Shown: in pieces, positions 36,027 to 50,090 of the stretch
Position numbering within the stretch: the stretch's first letter is position 1
Layout: every line of letters starts with the position of its first letter
Assembly: GCF_902713615.1 (NCBI RefSeq)
Contig: NC_052148.1
Coordinates: 252,150,690 to 252,214,689 of the forward strand
Direction of reading: 5' to 3'
Length of the DNA: 64,000 nucleotides
Origin: Scyliorhinus canicula
Taxonomy: Eukaryota
Made by a program: the position numbers and the translations under genes
Notes under the pieces: generated by a model
The model's input: the letters and a program-made list of their open reading frames with translations, nothing else
Database searches by the model: none
What the model was told of the DNA's origin: nothing

Positions 36027-37189
36027 ACAATTGTGTTGAAGGCTGTGTATTGGTTGAGGACGTCCTCATCGTGCTGTCTCCAGTGGCCGTTGACTACCTC
36101 TCTGTCTTTATTGAGTGCTGCTCAGTTTTTGAGTACTTGCACTGTAAATGGTTTGATTTGTGCTGAAGAAGCCGCGCACATCATGGTTGTCGGCGAGGTG
36201 CTGAGTCTCCTGTGCTCTTTCCACCCACCATCTATTCTTTAGGTCACGGGTTCTTTGTTGCACCTCGGCCTCCGGTTGCCTGTAGGCTTGTTTCCTCTCA
36301 CTCGAGTTTGGTGGAGCTGCCTGTTCAGGAATGCCTTGTGCTTGCGGTCAAGGAGACCCTGGATACCCTGATCATTCTTGTTGAACCAGTCTTGGTGTTT
36401 CCTGGTCAAAAGCCCGAGTGTCTCCTGGCAGGAGCTGACTATGATGGCTTTTAAGGCGGGCCAGTTGCAGTGGGCGTTCCGCAGCTCTGGCTTGTTGGTT
36501 GTCGGCAGCCTAGCTGTGAGGCACCGGCAGAGTAGCTTTTCTCTCAGGGTCTCTGAGTCCAGCGATATTGAATATCCTGAGGCGGAGTTTCTTCTGTCCG
36601 TGTGGGTTTGTGGCTGGAAAGGGGAGAGGGAATTGGTCGGTGACCAGTTCAGCAGTCATCAGTTCTGATTGTGGCACAGGCGATACGGACGTCTTTGCGG
36701 TCCCTTGCCCGGTTGATGACATAATCTGTTAGGTGCCAGTGCTTGGAGTGGGGCTGTTGCCATGAGGTCTTCTGCTTGTTCCTCTGGTGGAACACCAGGT
36801 ATTTGTAATGACCTGGTCATGTTCTCAATGTTTTGCAGGAGGAGGACTCCTTTGCCATTTGTTTACCTCACTCCTTCCCTGCCTAACACGCCTTTCCAAA
36901 GGCTTGCGTCCTTCCCGACTCTAACATTGAAGTTGCTGAGGAGAATCAGCTTGTCTCCCTTTGGGATGCGGGACTGCGATTGGTCAAGGCTGGGGTAGAC
37001 GGCCTCTTTTGGTTTGCCCATTGCACCCAATGTCGGGGCGTAGGCACCGATGGCTGTGAGGTCATTGCTTTGGTTTTCTCACCTCTGTAGCATTCATCAG
37101 TGCAACTTTCCAAGGACAAAAAAAGAAAGACTTGCATTTATATCACACTTTTCATGCCCTCTGGATGTCAGAAAGTGGTTTATACAAAT

Positions 37190-38545
37190 GTAACCCATTC
37201 AATTACTGCCCTATCAACCTACTCTCCATCATCAGCCAAGTGATGGAAGAAGTCATCAAGCGGCACTTACTCAGCATAACCTGCTCACGAACGCTCAGTT
37301 CGGGTTCTGCCAGGGTCACTCAGCTCCTGACCTCATTACAGTCTTTGTTCAAACATGGACAAAAGAGCTGAACGCCAGAGGTGAGATGTGAGTGACAGCC
37401 CTTGACATCAAGGTAGCATTTTTCCAAAAATGGTACCAAGGAGCCCTAGCTAAACTGGAATCAATGGGAATCCGGGGAAAACTATCCGCTGGTTGGACTC
37501 ATACCTGGCACAAAGGAAGATGGTTGTGGTGGTTGGAGGTCAATCATCTCAGCTCCAGGACATCACTGCAGGAGTTCCTCAGGGTAGTGTCCTCAGCCAT
37601 CTTCAGCTGCTTCATCAGTGACCACCCTTCCATCATAAGGTCAGAAGTGCGGATGTTTGCGGATGACTGCATAATGTTCAGCACCATTCGCGACTCATCA
37701 GATAATGAAGCAGTCCATATCCAAATGCAGCAAGACCTGGACAATATCCAGGCTTGGGCTAACAAGTGACACCTTACATTCACACCACACAAGTGCCAGG
37801 CAATGACCATCTCCTACAAGAGAGGATCTAACATCGCCCCTTGACATTCAATGGCATTAGCATCACTGAATCCCCCACAAGCGACATAATGGGGTTACCA
37901 TTGATCAGGAACTGAACTGGACTAACCACATCAATACTGTGGCTACCAGGGCAGGTCAAAAGCTAAGAATCCTACCACGAGTAACTCACCTCCTGGCCCC
38001 CAAAACCTGCCCACCATCTACATGGCACAGGTCAGGAGTGTAATGGAATACTCTCCACTTGCCTGGATGAGTGCAGCTCCAACAACACTCAAGAAGCTCC
38101 GCATCATCCAGGACAAAGCAGCCCGCATGATTGCTCCCCCTTCCACAAACAAATCCTCCACAACTGACGAACAGTGGCAGCCATGTGTACCATCTACAAG
38201 ATGCACTGCAGTAACTCACCAAGATTCCTTGGACAACACCTTCCAAACCCACGACTACTACCATCCAGAAGGACAAGAGCAGCAGATGCCTGGGACCACC
38301 AGCACCTGGAGTTCCCCTCCAAGTCACTCACCAACCAGACTTGGAAATATCTCACCTCTCCTCCACTGTCGCTGGGGCAAAATCCTGCATTTCCTTCCCT
38401 AACAGCACTGTGGGTGTCCCGACACATCAGGGACTGCAGCGGTTCAAGAAGGCAACTCACCACCACCTTCTGAAGGGCAACTAGGGATGGACAATAGATG
38501 CTGGCTTGACCAGGGATGCCCACAGCCCGTAAATGAATTTTAAAA
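37190..38545 (+). mobile_element. CR1-group LINE, 5'-truncated, inserted in an old DeuSINE
   Basis: ALDIKVAF; MFADDC; QVRSVMEYSPLAWMSAAPTTLKKL. Confidence 0.88.
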
Positions 38546-38677
38546 AATATGTGCCGCCCAATTCGCGCACGGTAAACTCATGGAACCAGCAATCTGATAA
38601 TGACAAGATTATCTTTTCTGGCATGATGGTGATTTAGGGGTAAACACTGGCCAGGACCCCTAACCCCTCTGCTCTTC

Positions 38678-38854
38678 TAGTTTAGCTCACTGGGCTAAAT
38701 CGCTGGCTTTTAAAGCAGACCAAGCAGGCCAGCAGCATGGTTCAATTCCCGTACCAGCCTCCCCGGACAGGCGCCGGAATGTGGCGACTAGGGGATTTTC
38801 ACAGTAACTTTGTTGAAGCCTACTCGTGACAATAAGCGATTTTCATTTCATTTC
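38678..38854 (+). mobile_element. Short tRNA-derived SINE with (CATTT)n tail
   Basis: tttagctca A-box and ggttcaattccc B-box; tail shared with 18925-19010 and 6090-6175. Confidence 0.8.
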
Positions 38855-39169
38855 TTTTTGAAATTGTATCAAGGAATGAACCAAAGAAGGCAGAACAGGT
38901 CTGATTAGAAGGGCAGCACCTCTGATGGTGTAATGTGCCATTAAGGGCTGTTAGCATGCCGTCACTCGAAGGGAAGTGTGTCATGTGATCAAGTCTTTGT
39001 GTCACTTTGATCTGTGAGACGCGAACACCGCACCCACAGCCCCGCTGCTGACCTCTCCAGGTTTTTTACCTTCGTATATCTGCTCTCATGCGCCTAGTCA
39101 TAATAAATGAACCCGCAATGTATTTACCAAATTCCTTAAGAGTGGTTGCCACCTTAATATAATTATAAA

Positions 39170-39300
39170 CACCTGACAGTGTGACACTCCTTCGGTATTG
39201 CACTGGAATGTAGCCTTGATCTTTGTTTGTCAGCCTTGGCGTAGGGTTCGAAACTGGAACCTTGTGATTCGGAATGCTGCCAACTGAGTTACAGCTGACA
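39170..39300 (-). mobile_element. DeuSINE-like 5' (tRNA head) fragment
   Basis: Reverse of ctcagttgg...ggttccagtttcgaaccc...cagtgcaatacc. Confidence 0.5.
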
Positions 39301-40168
39301 CAAGAAGGCCAAAAAACACCATGAAGGCAAAATTCCTTCCCTGGGATAGTATTAAAAATCATGACCAGTCAGAGGTAACTGTCTTGACATCATCTTGTTA
39401 CATATCATTTTTGAGCCAAACTGATAATCCGGATAAATAAGTTACCACCTTTTGGTAATTCTCTTTGACATTGAACATGAACTTGAGCAGGCAAGCAGAG
39501 CATCTTGTAATATGTGTAACTGTTTTGTCCGACTGTACTTGGGAAAAATCATGATTTAACACTAAGCACATTTTCTACCTCATATTTATTCAAGCTGCAA
39601 ACAGTTTCTGCAGCAAGAATTCTTCTTCTCGCGACTTTTTCCTTGCGACAGAAAATGTTGGTTCTAAATTATTAAAGCTAAGCCCAGAGTTATTATTTCA
39701 AACAATCGTTTGCGAAATTCTCCCGTGCCTTTCAAGTCCAGTATTGTTGACTTGTCAAAGAGTTTTGCTGGATAACATAGGCCACACAGCAGAAGCAGAA
39801 TGGCTGAGCAGCAAAGGAGTTTGAATTCTCTGCTCCTTGTGCAGCACAATATGAAGACTAGCACTTTCTAGATCCAATTGTTGGCTACATTATAGAATCC
39901 CCGAGCTGATGAAATACATCTAAAATAATGGTGAATACTCGGGGAGCATTCCTCCTGCATTAATTTTATTCAGGAGCAATGGACTGAATTTTCTATAGAG
40001 CGCTGGGAGCCTGCAGCGGGACCAGTTCCGACCCCACTTGAGATCGTACCGCGATATTCAGCTGAATTTTGCAGAAGGAAACCGATTATTGGGCCATCTC
40101 CACGATGACCATGTTCAGGAGGTGAGAGGCCCCATTTCCAGAGACAACCTCAGTTACAGGAACCTCTA

Positions 40169-40293
40169 CTGCAAGATTCCCCTACCACCTTACAGAGACC
40201 CAAACTGACTACCCAGCCAACACCCCCCCCCTGCAAGATTCCTCTGCCACCTTACAGAGACCCAGACTGACTACCCAGCCAACAACCCCCCCC
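40169..40293. repeat. Tandem duplication of about 62 bp
   Basis: ctgcaagattcc...ttacagagaccca...actacccagccaaca-C run occurs twice. Confidence 0.9.
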
Positions 40294-41389
40294 ACTCCCC
40301 ACCACACCACAGCGGCACGTGTATGGCAACACACAAGCTCCTCTTTGCTGATTGTCCCTTTTACACCAAGGATTGAATACCTACTGCTTTATCCAGTGAT
40401 TCTTTGCAGTGAAATCACATCATCTGATTAGGTGAGGCCCGGATGCAGCATAGGGCCTGTGCACCTCTAACAGAATTGTGCCTCTGTGGAAAAAATATCC
40501 CTTGATTACTAAATTGCCTGCATACTGCCACTGGGTGTACGTCCATCCTCCCTCAGAAGCTACTTCTGAAATAACAATGCAATTGGCACATCATGCTCCT
40601 GCGCAAAATTTCAGGCACGTCTGTTTCAGATCCTACCACTGTCTGAATGGCAAAATTCAGCCCCGTGTCTCCGGCACGTTCCATCAAGTAGCCTGCCCCT
40701 GAGCTATATCACCAGCTACTTCTGCAATTTGTTATAACCTGCGCAAGGGAATGGACTGCACCGTCTCCTACTGTCAAAGTCATTGGAACCCTTAGTTTTT
40801 ATGTGTGAGGGTTGGGGGGTCGGGGGGGGGGTGGGGGGGGGGGGGGGGGGGGGGAGGGTTGGATAATAATATTTCCAGGCTACAACAGTGATAAACTTCA
40901 AAACCACTTCATTGCCTGTGAAGTACTAAAGTGCGATACTCTGAGGTAGAACAGATTACTACATAAATGCAAGCCCTCTCTCTCTTTCCGTTTTTATGAA
41001 ACCTCCATTAACAGGAGCTGTAACCTACGACTGCCTTTTCCACAAATAAATCAGTGTCTGCAAAGCACCATGAATACCAAAATGTTCTATTCATTCCACG
41101 TGCTGGTTTGCAGAAACCTTTGAACGCACCTCGAAGGGAATGGCCCATTATGAATCGGTAACTGTTATTTATTAGTTTTATTTGCAGTGCAGTTGACTGT
41201 CACATTTTCCAAACCAGAAAATGAATGCAAAGCCAAGGACTAATCACACAGTAAATAGGTTGAAGTATTGGCCGTCAAGATGTGCCCCCGTGGATGTGCT
41301 CCGAGTACATGAGCAACAGTCAACCTTCAATTCATTTTAACATTCTACCCTTGCACACTCTATCCTCCGTAAGTTTGAGGTCATTGAAA

Positions 41390-41865
41390 CTCTGCTGCCT
41401 GTGACTTTACTGACGCAATATCCCGTTTCCCAATTCCCCCCTTTGATTACTGTCAAACGTTTGCTTCCAGTCAAGCAGCGTTTTGATTTTAAGATTTTCA
41501 TTTTTGTTTCCAAACCCCTGCGTGCCTCACTCCCCCTCCATCTCTGTAATCTCCCCCAGCCCTCCAACTGCCCGAGAAATCTGTGCTCCTCTAGTTTTGG
41601 TCTCTTGAGCATTCCCGATTTTCATTGCTCCACCATTGATGTCCAGGCCTTCAACTTCCCAGGCCCAAACTCTGGAATTCCCTCCCCAAATCTCTCTGCC
41701 TCTCCATCCTGCTCTCCTCCTTAAAGACCCTCCTTTGACTAAGTTTTTGATCACCTGCCCTAAAATCTCCCCATGTGGTTCAGTGTCAAATTTTGCTTCA
41801 CAACATTCCCGTGAAACATTCCTCAGGATGTTCCTTATGCTAATACGAATACAAGTTATTGTTAG
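41390..41865 (+). mobile_element. L2 LINE 3' end
   Basis: LPVKQRFDFKIFIFVSK...LCNL...PRNLCSS. Confidence 0.8.
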
Positions 41866-42144
41866 AAATTGTAATTTTGTTTGGAAAAGAGAGCTGAACA
41901 ATAAGAATCAGTGGTTTATATTTTGTTGAACTATACTATACTATTGCCAAGTAAGAACAGCCAGACTTCAGTGGCCAACATTACCATAATGTTCTCTGTG
42001 CCATGGTGTTATGGTTGTTTTCAGTTAACTAGTGTCCCCTGCTCCTAGTGATACATGAGATAACCCATTTTGTGTACCGCTGTTTGCCCAGAGCAAAACA
42101 TTTGCCCACAATTGGAGTGTCATCTTGTTTTACACCAAGCTTAT

Positions 42145-42844
42145 TTCTTTTTCTAAACAAATTTAGAATACCCAATTATTTTTTTCCAATTAAGGGGCAA
42201 TTTAGCATGGCCAATGCACCTACCCTGCACATCTTTGGGTTGTGGGGGTGAGACCCGTGCAGAGACCATAAGACATAGGAGCAGAATTAGGCCACTCGGC
42301 CCATCGAGTCTGCTCCGCCATTCAATCATGGCTGATATTTTCTCATCCCCATTCTCCTGCCTTCTCCCCATAACCCCTGATCCCCTTATTAATCAAGAAC
42401 CTATCTATCTCTGTCTTAAAGACATTCAGTGATTTGGCCTCCACAGCCTTCTGCGGCAAAGAGTTCCAAAGATTCACCACCCTCTGGCTGAAGAAATTCC
42501 TCCTAATCTCTGTTTTATAGGATTGTCCCTTTTGTATGAGATGGTGCCCTCTGGTTCTAGATTCTCCTACAAGTGGAAACACCCTCTCCTCATCCCCTCT
42601 ATCCAGGCCTCGCAGTATCCTGTAAGTTTCAAAAAGATTTCCCCTCATCCTTCTAAACTTCAATGGGTACAGACCCAGAGTCCTCAACCGTTCCTCATAC
42701 GACAATTTCTTAATTCCGGGAAGAGAATTCCAGGACACGGAGAGAATGTGCAAATTCCACACAGACAGTGATCTGGGGCCGGGATCGAACCCGGCTCCTC
42801 AGCGCGTGGGTGACAGTGCTAACCGCTGCGCCACCGTGCCGCCC
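42145..42844 (-). mobile_element. Short SINE split by a CR1 3' end (about 42267-42720)
   Basis: SINE halves 42145-42266 and about 42733-42844 flank LSYEERLRTLGLYPLKFRRMRGNL. Confidence 0.85.
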
Positions 42845-43747
42845 ACATGGAGCTTATTTCTGTGATTCTCCACAGTTGATGTTTTCATTTGCAGTCTGTG
42901 ACGGACTCGCCTCATCTCTGGATTGTTCCACAGCAAAGGGCTTTAACCAGGTCATTAACCAGGCTCACAGCTCCTTACCATGAAGCCCAATGGACTGTGT
43001 TTAGTTGCGGCTCTACTTTCTGCCTGATCTGGCTTTGGTGGCTCTTCAGGCATAGTTTTGAGGATCATAGGCATACATGAGCCTTCCCACCACATCAAGG
43101 TGCTGTTCCGAGGGACATTAATTGAGGCTCTGATGCCTCCTGCACTGTGCTGGAATGAGGCTACCGAGTTGAAAGACAAGAAGATAACTAGTGAGCCTAT
43201 CAGCAGGAAATGCAGGGAGAAGACCGCCTGCAATTGGATGAAAAGCTCTGCAACATCTTTCAAATCTCTTAGTCTGCTGTTCTTCCTTATACGTTGGACA
43301 ATGTTTGGTGGGCTGGATGGAGGTGTGGCAGGTCATGGCCCACCTGTCTGGTTCAGATTGATTGGATAAACGGCAAGTAATGGAAAGGTAAATGTTATAA
43401 TCTGCCTGAATCCTGTTGGCTGGAGGTAATTGATTATCCAATGAAATATTTTAAGTTTATTGACAACTCAAGAATACAAAAGAATCAACAACATGCTAAA
43501 AATAGTCACGAAAATCGGTAACAAGCGAAAAGCATTTACAAGTCACCAAAATAATACAAGATCGCCAGCTCTCAATCCAGCAACCAGAGACAGCTGATTC
43601 TGCCACTTATTGTCAGTTTCTACCTGGAGCCCATTTCTGTATAAGTCTGAGCTGCAGCTTTTGTACATTTGCAGGCTGCATCCTGTCCATGCTCAGGCTT
43701 GGCCAAATTCCCCATCGATCTTTGCGGGCGGCCATTTTAGATGTCCA

Positions 43748-44253
43748 CAGGATCTAACAATCGTCCCTTGACAATCAATGGCACTGCTATTGCTGTATCT
43801 GCCACAATCAACATCCTGGGGGTTACCATTGATCAGAAACTGAACTGGACTAGCCACATTAATATTGTACCTGGATGACTGCAACTCCAACAACACACAA
43901 GAAGCTCAGCACCACCCGGGACAAAGATGCCTGGTTGATCGTTACCCCTTCCACATACATTCAATCCCTCCACCACCGCCGAACAGTGGCACCATCCGCA
44001 AGGTGCAGTTCTGGAACTCACCAATGTTCCTCAGAGAGCACTATTGCAAATTCACGACCACTACCATCGAGAAGGACAAGCTCAGCAGACACCTGGGAAC
44101 ACAATTCACTCACTTGGAAATATATCGCCATTCTTTCACTGTCTCTGGGTCAAAACCCTGGAACTACCTCCCTATCAGCACTGTGGGTGTACCTGGACCT
44201 CGGGGACTGCAGCGGTTCAAGAAGGCAACTCACCACCACCTTCTGAAGGGCAA
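43748..44253 (+). mobile_element. CR1-group LINE fragment (family of 37190-38545)
   Basis: Collinear with 37825-38480, with deletions. Confidence 0.8.
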
Positions 44254-44502
44254 GTAACGCAATCTTGTGAGATGTCACGATGTGAAGCCCATCCATTGTG
44301 AGCAAATCTGCATTATAGAGCGAGCACCATTCAATACTTGTCTCCACAAACAGGGACCAGACTCACCGACACTTGTGAGGGTCTCCAAGGGGGTCTGAGG
44401 GTCCCAGCTGCATGCCCTCTCGCAATGGTGGCACCCTGACACTGCTAATGCCAGCCTTACACCCTGGCAGTGCCAACCTGACACTGTCACGGTGCCCTGG
44501 TG

Positions 44503-44605
44503 GTACTGCCAGCTGGCGGGGGAACTGCAAGGGTGCCAGCTGGCAGGGGCACTGCCAGGGTGCCAGCTGGCAGGGGCACTGCCAGGGTGCCAGCTGGCAG
44601 TGCCA
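44503..44605. repeat. 27-bp tandem repeat (about 3.5 copies) inside a GC-rich MITE-like region
   Basis: TGCCAGCTGGCAGGGGCACTGCCAGGG units. Confidence 0.85.
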
Positions 44606-45467
44606 AAGTGTCAAGCTGGCATTGGTTGTGAACGGGCCGGATGTTCCCTGTGCATGTGAGGTGGGGTGCTGGAGGAGGTGGCAAGGACCTCCTTTGAGTT
44701 GGGGCTTTGGAGTGTTTGGGGGTTGTGTCTGAAGGCTGAGAGAGCGGGGCACCCCTGCTCTGGGTTTTGGCGAGTGGGGCTCCTCAGTGCCGGTAAGGGA
44801 ACTAAATGTAGCCTCAGCTGCGTGTTCCCCGCTGAGGACTCGTATCTAACCAAAGTTGCATTAGAAAGTGCTGTGTTGCTCTGCATTGCGAACACTTGGG
44901 AAGCACACATGGCTCAACACGCTTGCTATGGGATATAGTTCCCATTTGGTTCAATCGCGACCAATGTCAGTGCAAGAACAGATTTTTAGCAAAAGACTTC
45001 AGCAGCGAAATTCTGGGTTGGCAAGAAAATCAGTGGTCAGTTCAAACAGGGCAATTGTTCAGTTTCAATTTAGCATTTATGTATTTAGGAAAACACTTTC
45101 ATCTGCACTCAAAACCTTTTAGAAATATGGCAGGCGCCTGACGTCTGTTACAATCCATCCTGATAGTCCCCGTCAGCGGAACAACAGGAAGAAATATCAG
45201 CTTTTCCGTCTGCTCCTTGGGGTTGATAATACATTGTGTTCCAAAGCAGCAAAACATATTAAACTGAAGAGTATGGCTTGTCTCTGCTTGGAGCCCAAGC
45301 AGAAAGAGGGTGATAATTATTATTCCAAAATCATCCTGAAGGTGGCACTTTGTTATTCCTGTAATTTGACTCCGGTATTTTCACTTGGCAGTCTGATGCT
45401 TAAATTCGATCCTCGCTTTTGACATTGATACATAAAACTGAAAACAGTCTCCGATTCATAGAATTTG

Positions 45468-45803
45468 TTCATAAAATTTACAGTGCAGAAGGAGGCCATT
45501 CGGCCCATCGAGTCTGCACCGGCTCTTGGAAAGAGCACCCTACCTAAGATCAACACCTCCACCCTATCCCCATAACCCAGTAACCCCACCCAACACTAAG
45601 GGCAATTTTGGACACCAAGGGCAATTTAGCATGGCCAATCCACCTAACCTGCACATCTTTGGACTGTGGGAGGAAACCAGAGCACCCGGAGGAAACCCAC
45701 GGGGAGGATGTGCAGACTCCGCACAGTGACCCAAGCCGGAATCGAACCTGGGACCCTGGAGCTGTGAAGCAGTTGTGCTATCCACAATGCTACCGTGCTG
45801 CCC
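45468..45803 (-). mobile_element. HE1-like SINE
   Basis: Close reverse complement of 30428-30773. Confidence 0.92.
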
Positions 45804-47149
45804 GCCAGGATGTGATTCGATAGTGTCTTGCACACCCGTACTTCATCGATGTGTTTGATCAGGTGATGCATTGGCTGTCAGTGGCAGATTTTATTTGTGT
45901 TTTGCCAACTTCATACCTGCCCCAGGAGGAAATTGAAGAATCCCCCCTGTATCAATTGCAGGCGAATTCTACTTTGTCTCCACAGAGCATGGTACCCATG
46001 TCTACTTAAGACCTAATGGCCTCAGTGTGTTACTCTTTGACTTGATTTTGGGCGTGAGGCTCAGAGCAAAGTATCAGTTGGCATCTACACACCAAGTTTG
46101 CCAAAAATTGGTCTCTGCTGTAAAATTCTGTGGCTTCAACCCAGTGGCACGATGACCTGTTCACAGAAACAGACTCTAGCGGGTCCTGGAGATAATCTTT
46201 TTTTTTAAAAGTACGTTCTGCTGGGTTTGTTACAACATTTAGTAGGTTAGAGAAAGAGTTCACATTTAGTGTTTTTATGAAAATGGAATGATAACTGGAT
46301 AATTGGTTATGGCTCCTATGCCAGCGCAGTCTCTTTGAGGGGCAAGCCCTTGAGGTCCGTCTCTGGGCCTTTTGCATGGGAGCGCGTGAATGCCGTCCAA
46401 TGAGGAAAAAGCACGGGGCCTAGATAGAATAGACGCTGGAGCCAGAGAGCCAAGATCTGTTTGGTGACTCTATGCCTGTGTATAGTTTACCTTTGACCTG
46501 TTATCAGTAAACCCTTTTTCCATTATACTGGACTGATGCACCATCAATTGGACTCGAGTCGTGAAGAAGTTTCAAATATCAGGCCTTAATGAACTAGTTG
46601 TGTGCCCGGCAGTCAACTTACAGAGAAAGGCCGACTGCCGGCTGCTACGGGTTCTTATACCCCGCCTCATAGGAGGGGCTACCGGCCTCTCGGCCAATCG
46701 GCGAGCAGTCACATGACTGACCTCAGCCAATTGGCAGAGAGACACATGACCTGCCAGAGCCAATGGGCAGTGAGTCCTCTGTACCAATGGCAGCACTACT
46801 CTGAGGTGCCGTAAACCTCCTGGTCATACCACCACATTCACCCCTTGTGGAGAAAGAAGCCGGGGGGGGGGGGGGTGGGGAGACGAGGAGAGGAGAAAAG
46901 GGAGGGGGGGGGGGCGTCGAACTGGTAGTATGACTAGAGAGAACGAAGTGTACCAAGATGTCTGGTGGCTGCCCACTGGCCCGCGACGAATGTACAAAAG
47001 AACAACAACAACAATACTGCACACAATGCACTTATGAACAACCGAGGAACAAACAAGCAAAAAAAAACAATAAGGAAGATGCAACAGTGTACAAGGGAAC
47101 GCTGAACAACACGAAGAGTCCGACAAAAAGTCCAGTGGAACATCAAATC

Positions 47150-50090
47150 GACTCGATCAGTCTGATGGGTGCCTTCAATGTCCTGCTGGACCTGCGCAGC
47201 GGCGCCGGTGACGTTGGAGCGGTGGTCGTCCGTGACTCCGGGAGCGGCTGTCGTGGTCCTGTGTTCCGTACCCCTGGTTGGTGCTAGCGAAGCACTGGCC
47301 GGGTCAGAGGGTTCCTGTGCGCTGGGTTGCGGGGGCACTGGGGGTGCCGGGGTGGGGGGGGGGGGGGGGGGGGGGGGGGGGGTGGGGGTGGGGGGGGCTG
47401 GGACTGGGGGGGCAGTGTTGGTGTGGGGGGCTGTGGCCGTACGCCGGGGGGTGCCAGGTCCCGAAGGGAGACCATGTCCTGCCGCCCATCGGGATACTCC
47501 ACGTATGCGTACTGCGGGTTAGCGTGGAGTAACTGGACTCATTCAACCAACGGGTTGGACTTGTGCACCCGCACATGCTTCCGGAGCAAGGTGGGCCCGA
47601 GGGTGGCCAGCCAGGCCGGGAGTGGGGATCCTGAGGATGACTTCCTGGGGAAAACAAGAAGACGTTCATGAGGTGTTTGGCTCGTGGCAGTACAGAGGAG
47701 AGACCAAATCGAGTGGAGGGCGTCTAGGAGAACCTCTTGCCAGTGGGAGATAGGGAGATTTCTGGACCGTAGGGCCAGTATTATGGTCTTCCAGACCGTA
47801 CCATTCTCCTGCTCGACCTGTCCGTTACCCCAGGGTTATAACTGGTCGTCCTGCTAAGGCGATGCCCCTGCTGAGCAGGAATTGACGCAGCTCATCAGTC
47901 ATGAAAGAGGACCCCCGGTCGCTGTGGATGTATGCGGGGTAACCAAACAGGGAGAAAATGGAGAGGAGGGCCTTGATGATGGTTGTTGTGGTCATGTCGG
48001 GGCAGGGGATGGCAAAAGGAAAGCGGGAGTACTTGTCAATCACACTTAGAAAGTATATGTTGCAGTTGTTGGAGGGGAGGGGATCCTTGAAGTCCATGCT
48101 GAGACGTTCAAAGGGGCCGGACGCCTTTAGCAGATGCGCTTGCTCGGGGCGGTAGAAGTGTGGCTTGCACTCCGCGCAAATGTGGCAGTCCCTAGTTACA
48201 GTTCTGACCTCCTCGATCGAGTAGGGCAAGTTGCGGGTCTTAATGAAATGGTAGAAGCGGGCTACCCCTGGATGGCAGAGGTCCTCGTGGAGGGTGCGGA
48301 GGCGGTCTGTCTGCGCACTAGCACAGGTAGCGCGGGATAGGGCATCAGGAGGCTCGTTGAGCTTCCCAGGACGATACAAGATATCATAGTTGTACGTGGA
48401 CAACTCGATCCGCCACCGCAAGATCTTGTCGTTCTTGATCTTGCCCCTCTGTGCATTATCGAACATAAAGGCCACTGACCGTTGGTCTGTGAGGAGGGTG
48501 AACCTCCTGCCGGCCAGATAGTGCCTCCAGTATCGCATACCTTCGACAATGGCCTGTGCCTCCTTTTCCACCAAGGAATGGCGGAGTTCGGAAGCGTGGA
48601 GGGTCCGGGAAAAGAAGGACACGGGTCTGCCCGCTTGGTTCAGGGTGGCCGCCGGAGCTACATCGGGCACGTCGCTCTTGACCTGGAATGGGAGGGACTC
48701 GTCGATAGCACGCATCGTGGCCCTTGCAATGTCTGTTTTGATGCGGCTAAAGGCATGGCGGGCCTCCATCGACAGTGGAAACGTGGTGGATTGGATGAGG
48801 GGCGGGCTTTGTTGGCGTAGTCCGGGACCCACTGGGCATAATAAGAAAAGAAGCCCAGACAGCATTTGAGGGCTTTGAGGGAGTTGGGGAGAGGGAGTTC
48901 CATTAGGGGGCGCATGCATTCGGGGTCGGGGCCTATCACTCCGTTACGCACTATGTAGCCGAGAATGGCTAGACGGTGCTAAACACGCACTTATCCTTAT
49001 TGTATGTGAGGTTAAGGAGTTTTGCGGTATGGAGGAATTTTTGGAGGTTGGTGTCATGCTCCTGCTGGTCGTGGCCGCAGATGGTGACATTGTCGAGATA
49101 CGGGAAGGTTGCCCGTAAACTGTGTTGGTCAACCATTCGGTCCATCTCCCGTTGGAAGACCGAGACCCCATTTGTGACACCGAATGGAACCCTTAGAAAG
49201 TGGTAGAGGCGCTCATCCGCTTTGAACGCAGTGTACTTTCGGTCACTTGCGCGGATGGGCAGCTGGTGATAGGCAGACTTAAGGTCCACTGTGGAAAATA
49301 CTTTGTACTTCGCAATCCTGTTAACCAGGTCGGAGATACGGGGGAGAGGATACGCGTCCAGCTGTGTAAACCTGTTGATGGTCTGACTGCAGTCAATGAC
49401 CATCCGGTTTTCCCCCCCAGTCCTAACCACCAGCACTTGGGCTCGCCAGGGACTGTTGCTGGCCTCAATGACGCCTTCCTTCAGCAGCCTCTGGACCTCG
49501 GACCTGATGAAGGTCTGGTCTTGAGCACTGTATCGTCTGCTCCTAGTGGCGATGGGCTTGCAATCCGGGGTGAGGTTCGCAAACAAGGAAGGCGGGTCCA
49601 CTTTGAGGGACGCGAGGCTGCAGACAGTAAGGGGGGGAATAGGGACGCCGAATTTAAAGGTCAAGTTCTGCAGGTTGCATTGGAAATCCAGTCCTAAAAG
49701 TGCTGGTGCACAGAGATGGGGAAGGACGAGGAGTTTGTAATTTTTGAAAACCCTCCCCTGGACCGTGAGGTCCGCTACGCTGCACCCGGTGATTTGGATG
49801 AGTGCGAACCTGAAGCCAGAGCGATTTTGTGCTTAACCGGGTGAACAGGGAGCAGACAGCGTCTTACCATGTCAGGGTGGACAAAACTCTCTGTGCTGCC
49901 GGAGTCTAGTAGGCAGCTCGTCTCGTGTCCGTTTAGGAGGATTTGTGTAGTCGCCGTGGAGAGCGTGCGGGGCCGCGATTGGTCCAGTGTCACATCAGCG
50001 AGTCGTGGCAGGAGCTCTGAGTCGTCTTCTCCCATGGAGTATTCACTGGTGGGGTCCTCCGTGCCGACCCAAACTGGTGGCGTCCGTGGG
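47150..50090 (-). pseudogene. pol: pol (protease, RT, RNase H, integrase), frameshifted
   Basis: LLDSGS; DLKSAYHQ...PFGVTN...YLDN; EKEAQAIV...LLTDQ; H-H-C-C zinc finger; MDF...IDKYSRF...HSDRG. Confidence 0.92.

Larger units (their letters stand above)
31566..37090 (-). mobile_element. RTE (BovB-like) LINE, degenerate, with three nested insertions
   Basis: APE motif LLSNFNVRVG; LLPESQCGFRP; ELQYAD; FPYLGS...EIQHRL...ALLYASET; GHIARMPDTRLPKQVLYSEL. Confidence 0.9.

Noticed and set aside
39664-39864. Signal-peptide-like 66-aa ORF
   Set aside because: Non-ATG start, no homology I recognise, no supporting splice or promoter evidence
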